A stretch of 64,000 nt of DNA from an uncultured archaeon (GTDB lineage: Archaea > Thermoplasmatota > Penumbrarchaeia > JASLWR01): positions 96,001 through 160,000 of the forward strand of contig CAYFHS010000003.1 in NCBI GenBank assembly GCA_964342815.1, read 5' to 3'. Positions 1-7,847 of the stretch are shown piece by piece. Every line of letters begins with the position of its first letter. Position 1 is the stretch's first letter. The notes beneath the pieces are model-generated. The model worked only from the letters and a program-made list of their open reading frames with translations, had not been told where the DNA came from and did not search any database. A program made the position numbers and the translations under genes.

Positions 1-345
1 GCCATCAACCCGCTGACCGCGATCCTGGACATACCGAATGGAGAACTCCTCGAATATTCAGAAACGCAGGAATTGATGAAACAGGTGGTGGCCGAAGGGG
101 TGGAGATTGCAAAGGAAATGAATATGGACATCTGTGCGCTCACCGTTCTGGAGATGGTGAAGGACGTTGCCAGCAGAACACGGGAAAATATATCGAGCAT
201 GCTCCAGGATATCAGGAAGGGGAACCGTACCGAGATCGATTGCATCAACGACTCTATAGTGAGGTTGGCAAGGGAGTATGGGCGGGAAGCCCCTGTGAAC
301 GAGACCCTGACGAGGCTGGTGAAGGTGAAGCAGGGTCGGAGTTGA
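1..345 (+). CDS. panE: Ketopantoate reductase, C-terminal part (5' truncated by window edge)
   Basis: Frame 1 is open from base 1: AINPLTAIL...SSMLQDIRKGNRTEIDCIN, the ApbA/PanE C-terminal motifs (NPLTA, SMLQD, TEID.IN). Confidence 0.85.
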   Translation, partial: AINPLTAILDIPNGELLEYSETQELMKQVVAEGVEIAKEMNMDICALTVLEMVKDVASRTRENISSMLQDIRKGNRTEIDCINDSIVRLAREYGREAPVNETLTRLVKVKQGRS

Positions 346-370
346 ATTTTTTACATCAATAGCGTTTTCC

Positions 371-814
371 CTATAAAAAATCAGAGAATCTAATTAGATT
401 CGATGAAATCCGTTCATCATCACCAATGGATATTATTGCAGAGTAAGAAAGGCTTATTCTTTCCTTGATTGCAAGTCCCGCCTTTATTATTCGGTCACTG
501 CACTCGTTAACAAAACCTTTGACTAGAGAAAATAATGTCCATTTGTCTTCTGGAGCACGCCAGTATTTAATAACTCCGATTGCTGCCAGAGATTTCAGCA
601 CCCTTACAGTGCGTCGATTTCCCCAATGGAATCTCGAAGACATATGGTCAATTACTAGTTGTTGCTGGTTTGCATAACCGTCGAAATGAAAAATCAATCG
701 ATGAAGCAATAATTTTAATTCGGCCCTAGGTATTTTTTCATTATATTTTCTTTCGATAACCTTTACTTGTCTTCGGTATTCCATTTGTTTCTGTTTTTTC
801 CTAATTTTTTTCAT
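371..814 (-). CDS. Hypothetical basic protein, possible winged-helix DNA-binding protein
   Basis: AT-rich ORF; ATG at 814 (TTG at 856 is the alternative). HMSSRFHWGNRRTVRVLKSLAAIGVIKY resembles a wHTH recognition helix plus wing. Confidence 0.5.
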   Translation of the reverse strand: MKKIRKKQKQMEYRRQVKVIERKYNEKIPRAELKLLLHRLIFHFDGYANQQQLVIDHMSSRFHWGNRRTVRVLKSLAAIGVIKYWRAPEDKWTLFSLVKGFVNECSDRIIKAGLAIKERISLSYSAIISIGDDERISSNLIRFSDFL

Positions 815-876
815 GGTATCAATCCCGTTTGTTTTTTTGATCTGTTTCAAGGACAACGGAAATCCCTTGACTGATG

Positions 877-1093
877 GACAAATGTCCCGGGTAGATATAT
901 AGGTTTATCGGAGGGAGGGGGGTGAGTGAAAGTAAAATAATTTTGGTACTGGCAGTGGAATATGATGAGTGAAAGTAAAGTCGGATTTAAGTAGTCTCGA
1001 AAAATTGAAATAAGCGAACATTTGTTGCCACTTTAACTAACATTTGTCAGGGTACATTACGGACATTTGTCGAATTTAGGTAGAGACATATGA
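877..1093. promoter_or_regulatory. Phased ACA-NN-TGT operator/iteron-like boxes
   Basis: AACATTTGTT at 1017, AACATTTGTC at 1039, GACATTTGTC at 1062, degenerate GACATATGA at 1085 (22-23 bp spacing), plus inverted copy GACAAATGTC at 877. Confidence 0.5.
923..979 (+). repeat. 14-bp direct repeat TGAGTGAAAGTAAA x2
   Basis: Exact copies at 923-936 and 966-979. Confidence 0.6.
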
Positions 1094-1310
1094 GCTAAAT
1101 AGACATACAGGAATTAATTTCGATCCAGAAATCTAATTGTGGTAATAAACAGAATAACCACACTAATACTTAGGCAAAAGTTCGGAGACACCCTTATCAA
1201 TACAAGAGAATTATAACTATATAATAATCCATTTTACAAACCTAGTTTTCATCACAGGACACGTTCCAGTTGTTTAAATTATTTATATCATCACGGACGT
1301 ATAACGCTCC

Positions 1311-2609
1311 ATGAGCAAAAAGAGGGTGAAACTGAATCTCGGCTGTGGCATAGTCTACAGGCCAGGATACATCAACGTGGATAAGTTCGATAAAAGGGTG
1401 GCCGATGAATTCGGGGATGCGATCTCGCTTCCTTATAAATCATCCATTGCAGATCTTATCGAGGCTATTCACTTACTCGAACATTTCGATCACATTCATT
1501 CTATTTATGCATTAAGCGAATGGCTCAGGGTACTTCGCCCAGGGGGAAAATTGATAATTGAAACCCCTGATCTGGAACTTTCGGTAAAAAAGATCAAGGC
1601 CAATGACAGTTCCGGGCAAGACTCCACTTTAAGGTGGATATTTGGTACAGGTAGCTCCGGAATGAGTCATGGAACAGGATTTTCTTATAAATCATTGAAA
1701 ACCACTCTTGAGGAGATCGGTTTTACCGGTGTTACCAGGAAAGAACAAAACACGCACAAATATGAACCGGGGATGCGTATGGAATGCATTAAACCGACGA
1801 AAAAGGACAACGAGTACATTTTTTCAATGTTCCGAGCAAGGATACTGAAAGGTGAGTCTGATTACGATTCGGAGATGCTGGATTCTCTGGAGGAACACTG
1901 CCTTCATGAGATAAGAAAATCTTTCATCGAAAAAGGTAATGGAACACTTGCGGTGGCGGTTGCGAAATTGGCCGTATGCATCCCGGAAATTTCACGGGTA
2001 TTTCTTGATACCTGTCATAAGTTTGAGCTAATTGAGAATGAAGGTTGTGCCCGGATTAGGAACTTACTAAATTATCTGATCGAGATCGATTTTCACAAGA
2101 AATTACTTCCATTATGGGAAAAGGCAAAAAAGAAATTGGGTAATGCTGACAAAGATTTTCGTCAATTTCTCAGGCGAATAGAGGACCTTATAGCGAAATT
2201 GGCTAGGGAAAAAATCAGTTACAGAGAAAGACTTTCTTATATATCTAATCTCAAAGCATCCGACATTCCCATGTTCAATTTCTATTACGTTCAACTGGAG
2301 GCAAGGATACTATTCAACAAAGGCGTGAAATGCTTCGACCAAAAAAAATACTCAGAAGCGACGGTACTATTCGAAAGGTCCGCGAAAATCAATCCTGAAA
2401 ATTTCTTATTGTACTGGAACCTGGCAAGATTGGGTGCGATCATGTCGAAAAAGGACTTCTGTATTTCTGATAATTACAACAAAGCTTCTCTGTTGATTTC
2501 AGATAATAAGATTAGAAAAATATTGGAGGACGAGAAGAAATCCTTCGAGAACCATGGGGGGAAAAGCGTACCGCGTGGGCCACAATCGGAATTTTCGGTT
2601 CAAGTTTAA
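1311..2609 (+). CDS. Class I SAM-dependent methyltransferase with C-terminal TPR region
   Basis: LNLGCG motif I, HLLEH and LRVLRPGGKL motifs; TPR-like helices (KKYSEATVLFERSAKINPENFLLYWNLARL). Confidence 0.8.
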   Translation: MSKKRVKLNLGCGIVYRPGYINVDKFDKRVADEFGDAISLPYKSSIADLIEAIHLLEHFDHIHSIYALSEWLRVLRPGGKLIIETPDLELSVKKIKANDSSGQDSTLRWIFGTGSSGMSHGTGFSYKSLKTTLEEIGFTGVTRKEQNTHKYEPGMRMECIKPTKKDNEYIFSMFRARILKGESDYDSEMLDSLEEHCLHEIRKSFIEKGNGTLAVAVAKLAVCIPEISRVFLDTCHKFELIENEGCARIRNLLNYLIEIDFHKKLLPLWEKAKKKLGNADKDFRQFLRRIEDLIAKLAREKISYRERLSYISNLKASDIPMFNFYYVQLEARILFNKGVKCFDQKKYSEATVLFERSAKINPENFLLYWNLARLGAIMSKKDFCISDNYNKASLLISDNKIRKILEDEKKSFENHGGKSVPRGPQSEFSVQV

Positions 2610-2713
2610 CGAGATTTAGAACTCTCAAATATGGAGTAAAATTTGATGTTCATACCAAAAAGGATATAAACATGTAAGGAGATTGGATTTATACTACGGG
2701 AGGTGTCCCGGTT

Positions 2714-3190
2714 ATGATAAAAAACAGATTGAGCGATATCGGTGGGAAATTGAACGTCAGCTTGGAGGATATAAGGGGCATGAAGGGCGAACGTCGTAAA
2801 AAGAAATATTTATATCCGTTTCTTCTCGCGGTAGTTGGGGGAATTGCAGCTCTAATGGGCTGTTTGAAAAGTGGAAACGGCGGTGGTGGGGGCGGTAATG
2901 GAACGGTGGTGAATGAAACCATAAATACTGAAAATAATTCCGGGACTTATCCGTACATGATCCCGTCATTCATCGGTATTATGGGGGTGGGAATGGTTTT
3001 CAGGGCCAATAAATACCGGAAAAAGCAGTTGATACTCGTTTTATCGGCAGTAGCGATACTGATTATCGGTATTTTACTGCTCTTTAATGGATCCGATTTG
3101 GTTGAAGCCGCAGAAAATCTTGTCAGGAACGGTAATGAAACCGGGAACTTCAGCGAGGCAGTGGATTACGGAGTTTATTCTAGGAAGTAA
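2714..3190 (+). CDS. Array paralog 1: 3-TM membrane protein with YPY and C-terminal YGVYS motif
   Basis: Leader RLSDIGGKLNVSLEDI, lipobox-like LMGC, TYPY, ends DYGVYSRK; several N-x-S/T sequons. Confidence 0.8.
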   Translation: MIKNRLSDIGGKLNVSLEDIRGMKGERRKKKYLYPFLLAVVGGIAALMGCLKSGNGGGGGGNGTVVNETINTENNSGTYPYMIPSFIGIMGVGMVFRANKYRKKQLILVLSAVAILIIGILLLFNGSDLVEAAENLVRNGNETGNFSEAVDYGVYSRK

Positions 3191-3195
3191 AATAA

Positions 3196-3588
3196 ATGGA
3201 TAATGGAAAGCTGAATGAGATTGGGATGAAACTTGAAGTCTCGGAAGAAGACATAATACAATTAAAAAGAAGATACCTACTGATAAAGATATTATGCCCA
3301 ATTATCGGTTTATTAATTTCAATGTTTATTCCAATGACGATAGATTCAGTGACATCCACATATAATCACCAGAATAATTCTTCGTACCCTTACGCAATTC
3401 CGTTTTTGCTTTTTGTGGGAACCGGAAGTTTGGAATCACCCGATAAAATAAAACGAAGGGGTAAAATTATAATTCTTATTACTGCAATCATTACTTTATT
3501 TCTTTCGATAATGATATGGAAGGAGGGTTCCTTTCGAGTATCATCATTGTATGGTGTTTTTTCAAGTAAAAAATTGAAGATCAGATGA
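3196..3588 (+). CDS. Array paralog 2
   Basis: Leader KLNEIGMKLEVSEEDI, SYPY, tail LYGVFSSKKLKIR. Confidence 0.8.
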   Translation: MDNGKLNEIGMKLEVSEEDIIQLKRRYLLIKILCPIIGLLISMFIPMTIDSVTSTYNHQNNSSYPYAIPFLLFVGTGSLESPDKIKRRGKIIILITAIITLFLSIMIWKEGSFRVSSLYGVFSSKKLKIR

Positions 3589-3638
3589 TAAAAGCAACAG
3601 AGAGATATGAGTTATGCATTCAAAGGAACGGTAGGTTC

Positions 3639-4097
3639 ATGGACAAAGGAAAACTGAATGAGATCGGCGGGAAATTGGATGTCAGAATTGAGGATATACG
3701 GGGGATGAAGGATGAGCGTCGTAAAAAAAAATATCTCTATCCGTTCCTTCTTGCTGTGGTGGGAGGTATTGCAGCACTTATGGGTTGTTTGAAGAGTGGA
3801 AACGGCAGTGGAAATGAAGCTTCGGCGAATAATACTACCGGGACTTATCCATACATAATCCCGTCCTTCATTGGTATAATGGGTGTGGGAATGGTCTTTC
3901 GGATCAATAAAAACCGAAAAAAGCATTTGATACTCGTTTTATCGGCAGTGGCGATGTTAATTACCGGTATTTTTCTGCTCTTTAAAGGATCCGGTTTGGT
4001 GGAGGCAGCAGAAGATGTTGTCAGAAACGGAAATGATTCCGGGAATTTCAATGGTTCGATAATTTACGCAGCATATTCATTGGAGCAAAATACATGA
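3639..4097 (+). CDS. Array paralog 3 (recent duplicate of paralog 1)
   Basis: Start placed at ATG 3639 by alignment to the family leader (MDKGKLNEIGGKLDV); LMGC, TYPY, tail IYAAYSLEQNT. Confidence 0.8.
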   Translation: MDKGKLNEIGGKLDVRIEDIRGMKDERRKKKYLYPFLLAVVGGIAALMGCLKSGNGSGNEASANNTTGTYPYIIPSFIGIMGVGMVFRINKNRKKHLILVLSAVAMLITGIFLLFKGSGLVEAAEDVVRNGNDSGNFNGSIIYAAYSLEQNT

Positions 4098-4513
4098 ACG
4101 AAGATAAGCTAAATGAGATATGCAAGAAATTGGATTTGCCCCAAGAGGACCTATCGAAAATAAAACGGCAATACCTTACTGTAAAAATTGTATCGCCCTT
4201 TATTGGAATTTTCATCACAGCGCTCGCCACTCTCGGGGGATATTTAATGGGGAAAAATGCCCACACGAAGCTCGTCAATAGAGAGACCGGCTCTGTATAT
4301 CCCTATGTAGTACCATCTTTGTTTTTACTGGGCAGTACCTTTAATACCTCAAAAAAATCCATCATCAGAAAACGGAACTTGATTCTCATTTTCGCTGCCG
4401 TTTTGACGACCATTCTATCAGTTATCGCGTATACCGTTGCATTTGATGCGGGACAACCCGTGGAATATTACAGCGGTTCCATAATGTATGGTGTGTATTC
4501 AAGAGAACAGTAG
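4094..4513 (+). CDS. Array paralog 4
   Basis: Leader KLNEICKKLDLPQEDL, VYPY, tail VEYYSGSIMYGVYSREQ; ATGA overlap with paralog 3. Confidence 0.8.
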   Translation: MNEDKLNEICKKLDLPQEDLSKIKRQYLTVKIVSPFIGIFITALATLGGYLMGKNAHTKLVNRETGSVYPYVVPSLFLLGSTFNTSKKSIIRKRNLILIFAAVLTTILSVIAYTVAFDAGQPVEYYSGSIMYGVYSREQ

Positions 4514-4640
4514 GGTCACGAACGAGGAAATGTGGGCAAAGATAGGCAAGAAAAATTTGTACTATGAGAAGACTTATTGAAACGTAATATTGAAAAAAAT
4601 TTAAACACCTTTAAAATAATACAAAAACATAGGATAAACG

Positions 4641-6038
4641 ATGAAAAAACGTGTAACGGTTGTCGTTCTCGGTCACGTGGATCACGGTAAGTCAACCCTA
4701 GTGGGACGCTTTCTGTTCGAAAAAGGCGCGGTCCCCCCCGAAGAGATCGAGCGCTACGCCGTCCTGGGGGCCAAGACGGGAAAGACCAGCTTCAAGTATG
4801 CCTGGGTCATGGACCGAGGCGACGAGGCACGAAGGCGAGGGCTCACTCTGGACCTCAATTTCGCCGACGTGGAGACACGAAAAAGAGAAATACATATCAT
4901 CGACGCACCGGGTCACAAGAGCTTCTTGAAAAGCATGATAACCGGTACCACCGGCGCCGACGCCGCACTCCTGGTGGTGGATTCCCAGGAAGGCATAATG
5001 CCCCAGACCAGGGAACATGCCCAGCTCGCAAAGCTCATGGGTATCCATCACTGCGTTGTAGTCCTCAACAAGATTGACAAGGTGGGTTACAACCCAGAGG
5101 CGATAGGACGCTCCGCCTCCGAACTTAGAGATATGCTGATAGACCTGGGAATTCCAAAAGTTGACGTAATCCCGGTTTCGGCATGGGAGGGCCAAAACCT
5201 CACTTTGCGCGGGGACGCCATGTCCTGGTACAACGGCCGAACGCTAGAAGAGGTGCTGGACAACCTGGAACAGAAGGGAACACCTGCGGGGGGTCCGTTC
5301 CGGATGCCGGTCATGCAGGTGATGAAGATAGGGGGTGTTGGGATCGTGGCGCTGGGGCGGGTGGAGAGCGGGGAGATATCGAAAGGCGACGAGGTGATCG
5401 TAGCCCCAGGAAATAAGATAGGAGTGGCAAAGTCCATAGAGGCCTACGGAAAGAAAATACAGAAGGCCGTGGCCGGTGAGACCGTAGGAATTGCACTTCG
5501 AAACATCGGTCGTTCGGATATTAGCAGGGGGGACGTGCTGGGGCCCGTGGACGATCCGCCGCGCCCCGTTGAGGAGTTCACGGTAAAGATGGTCCTTTTC
5601 GGCGATGCGGGCGTGGTGAAGGTGGGCTGGTCGCCCTATATTCACTGCCATACCGCAGCAGTACCAGTGAAGATCGTTGCCATAGAAATGAAGTACCGGC
5701 CCGACAGCGGCGAGGCCGAGGGAGAGGCGGATGCGGGATTCCTGGTAAAGGGTGACGCGGCGCTGGTTCGTTTCAGGCCGTTGAAGCCGCTGATCATAGA
5801 ATCGGGTGAGAAGTTGCCGGACATGGCACGCTTTGCCCTCAGGGCCGGTAAAACAACCCTTGGTGCCGGGTCCTGCGTCTCCAAACGCGCAGCGGAGGGG
5901 CAGGGGGTGGCAAGGGGCGAACCGAAAAAGAAGGGTTTCTCCTACAAATGGCAAAAAGTAGGAAAGGCAGCGCGTGACCAGAAGCGGCGAAAGAATAAAG
6001 AGAACCTCGACATCTGGGGCAGGCCTATCAGAAAGTAG
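4641..6038 (+). CDS. Divergent EF-1A (aEF1A)-like translational GTPase with basic C-terminal extension
   Basis: G1 GHVDHGKS, G2 RGLT, G3 DAPGH, G4 NKID, G5 SAW; EF-1A-type SFKYAWVMD insert; domains II and III present; extra ~45-aa Lys/Arg-rich tail. Confidence 0.85.
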   Translation: MKKRVTVVVLGHVDHGKSTLVGRFLFEKGAVPPEEIERYAVLGAKTGKTSFKYAWVMDRGDEARRRGLTLDLNFADVETRKREIHIIDAPGHKSFLKSMITGTTGADAALLVVDSQEGIMPQTREHAQLAKLMGIHHCVVVLNKIDKVGYNPEAIGRSASELRDMLIDLGIPKVDVIPVSAWEGQNLTLRGDAMSWYNGRTLEEVLDNLEQKGTPAGGPFRMPVMQVMKIGGVGIVALGRVESGEISKGDEVIVAPGNKIGVAKSIEAYGKKIQKAVAGETVGIALRNIGRSDISRGDVLGPVDDPPRPVEEFTVKMVLFGDAGVVKVGWSPYIHCHTAAVPVKIVAIEMKYRPDSGEAEGEADAGFLVKGDAALVRFRPLKPLIIESGEKLPDMARFALRAGKTTLGAGSCVSKRAAEGQGVARGEPKKKGFSYKWQKVGKAARDQKRRKNKENLDIWGRPIRK

Positions 6039-6053
6039 AAGAGGTCATAGATC

Positions 6054-6494
6054 ATGAACGAGAAAAAGCTGGCTGAGATCGGTGATAAACTGGACATCTC
6101 GAAAGAGGACATTAGCACGGTAAAAAGACAATACAAATTGACGAAAATTATTTCTCTCATTACTGGAACTATCACGGTTTTCCTATCCTATGCAATAGGT
6201 AGTTACCGAGGGAACGCAATGGGGGAGAAGGCGGCTCAAGAGATCTTTGATAGAAATCTTGCGACATACCCTTTAGCAGTACCAAGTCTATTCTTTTCCA
6301 GTACGGTCATTATAGGATCAAAGGATTACTTGAAATCCATCAAGATGAAAAGAAATATCTTTCTATTGGTAATATTCGTACTGACGATCATTCTTTCAAT
6401 TCTGGTATATTCATCAGCCTACGAAAACGCTTATGACGCGGCCCAGGAGCACATTCCTTTTCCCGTATACGGCGTATATTCAAAGGAACGGTAA
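6054..6494 (+). CDS. Array paralog 5
   Basis: Leader KLAEIGDKLDISKEDI, TYPL, tail VYGVYSKER. Confidence 0.8.
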   Translation: MNEKKLAEIGDKLDISKEDISTVKRQYKLTKIISLITGTITVFLSYAIGSYRGNAMGEKAAQEIFDRNLATYPLAVPSLFFSSTVIIGSKDYLKSIKMKRNIFLLVIFVLTIILSILVYSSAYENAYDAAQEHIPFPVYGVYSKER

Positions 6495-6498
6495 CTCA

Positions 6499-6924
6499 AT
6501 GGATAAAGAAAAACTAGCGAAGATCGGCGAGAAGCTCAACGTTTCCAAGGATGAAATAAATAGATTACGGAAACGCAGGATTTTAACAAGGATATTCGCA
6601 CCAATCTTGGGAATCCTGGGAGTCTTTTCCTCTCTGGTAACCGGGCTCGTCCTGGGTCGGGGTGGCGGGCCCTATCCGTACGGAAGGCCATCATTTGGTT
6701 TTTTAGGTTGCTCCATTAGTGGGACTATAAGCTTTGGAAGTATTATTGGCATTCTAGTTATGATACGAAAGACCAAAAAGAACGGAAAGTCGGATAAATA
6801 TCTCCTAGTAGTACTGATAGCCACATTATTACTATCTCTAATTACACTGGTTGCGGGTTTAGCTGTGGGTGAGGATAATTTTTCTGCAACGCCGAAATAT
6901 TCAGTATATTCAATGGAACGGTAA
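6499..6924 (+). CDS. Array paralog 6
   Basis: Start placed at ATG 6499 (MDKEKLAKIGEKLNVS); PYPY, tail KYSVYSMER. Confidence 0.8.
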   Translation: MDKEKLAKIGEKLNVSKDEINRLRKRRILTRIFAPILGILGVFSSLVTGLVLGRGGGPYPYGRPSFGFLGCSISGTISFGSIIGILVMIRKTKKNGKSDKYLLVVLIATLLLSLITLVAGLAVGEDNFSATPKYSVYSMER

Positions 6925-6928
6925 CTAT

Positions 6929-7390
6929 ATGAATAAAGAAAAACTGGCCGAGATCGGCGGAAAACTCGATATCACCAAGGAAGAGTTTAGAAATATCCAC
7001 AAACAGCGTCGCAAAGAAAAGATTAACACCATTCTCACAGGTGGCATAATCTCAATAATTTCTATGCTAACAGGTTATTTCATTGGTAAAAATAGTGAAC
7101 CAAGAATGGAGCATCGGGGATACCCTTATGGAATGTTGGGAAGTAGTTTTTGTTGTGGTGCCGGTATGGGGGGAATAATGGGAGGCTTTGGTTTCCTTTA
7201 CTTACTGACTTACCTTAATGGAAAAAAGAAACATAAAACGATGATGTCGATTCTGGTATTATTCTTCATTATTTTATCGGTAATAGCAATCATTTTTGGA
7301 CATGAAGTAGGACGACCTGTGGAATATTACAGTGGGGCGATCGATTATGGTGTTTTCTCGAGGGATCAAAGAGTTGTAAATAATGAATAA
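6929..7390 (+). CDS. Array paralog 7
   Basis: Start placed at ATG 6929 (MNKEKLAEIGGKLDIT); GYPY, tail VEYYSGAIDYGVFSRDQ. Confidence 0.8.
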   Translation: MNKEKLAEIGGKLDITKEEFRNIHKQRRKEKINTILTGGIISIISMLTGYFIGKNSEPRMEHRGYPYGMLGSSFCCGAGMGGIMGGFGFLYLLTYLNGKKKHKTMMSILVLFFIILSVIAIIFGHEVGRPVEYYSGAIDYGVFSRDQRVVNNE

Positions 7391-7847
7391 TGAGAAATTG
7401 ACCGAAATCGGCAGTAGGCTGGACGTTTCCGAGACGGATATGGATGGTATTAGGAAACGTTATCGTCTCACAAAGATAATCACAACGATAGCAGGGGGAC
7501 TTGTTGTCATCGTTTCGGCAATAATCGGTTACATGGCGGGTAACAGCGCAGCAGGGAGGGATGCAGCTAACGACGCCGGGGCGATACTAGTGAACCGCGA
7601 GACTGGCGAGGTTTATCCTTATATGATACCTGTCTTTCTGGGACTGGTGGGCGGTATGTCCGCGTCCGGTCTCAGAAAAAGGACAAAACTGGTCATAATT
7701 GCGGGTATGATCCTGACTACAATACTCGCGGTCTTGGGTTATATGCTTGCGCATGGTATGGCCTACGACAACGTCTACGACGCAGCACGGGGAATAGAAT
7801 ATTACAGTGGGGCAATCGAATATGGCGTTTACTCGAAAGAAAGGTAA
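7383..7847 (+). CDS. Array paralog 8
   Basis: Leader KLTEIGSRLDVSETDM, VYPY, tail IEYYSGAIEYGVYSKER. Confidence 0.8.
   Translation: MNNEKLTEIGSRLDVSETDMDGIRKRYRLTKIITTIAGGLVVIVSAIIGYMAGNSAAGRDAANDAGAILVNRETGEVYPYMIPVFLGLVGGMSASGLRKRTKLVIIAGMILTTILAVLGYMLAHGMAYDNVYDAARGIEYYSGAIEYGVYSKER

Noticed and set aside
910-1275. Archaeal replication origin (ORB boxes)
   Set aside because: Only a G-string and partial CAGTGGAA/TTCCAG matches; no full ORB repeats or cdc6 nearby
2714-4097. Paralogs 1 and 3 as a diversity-generating retroelement TR/VR pair
   Set aside because: Differences are mostly synonymous third-position changes of all base types, not adenine-specific; no reverse transcriptase in the window
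4698-5954. Long antisense/overlapping ORFs within the EF-1A-like gene
   Set aside because: Shadow ORFs expected from GC-rich coding sequence; no recognisable motifs
3585-6929. N-terminal extensions of ORFs 3585, 6433 and 6869 given by the ORF track
   Set aside because: They overlap the upstream paralog tails; family alignment places starts at 3639, 6499 and 6929
2714-7847. Array as CRISPR or simple DNA tandem repeat
   Set aside because: Similarity is at the protein-motif level with intact ORFs; there are no identical repeats with unique spacers
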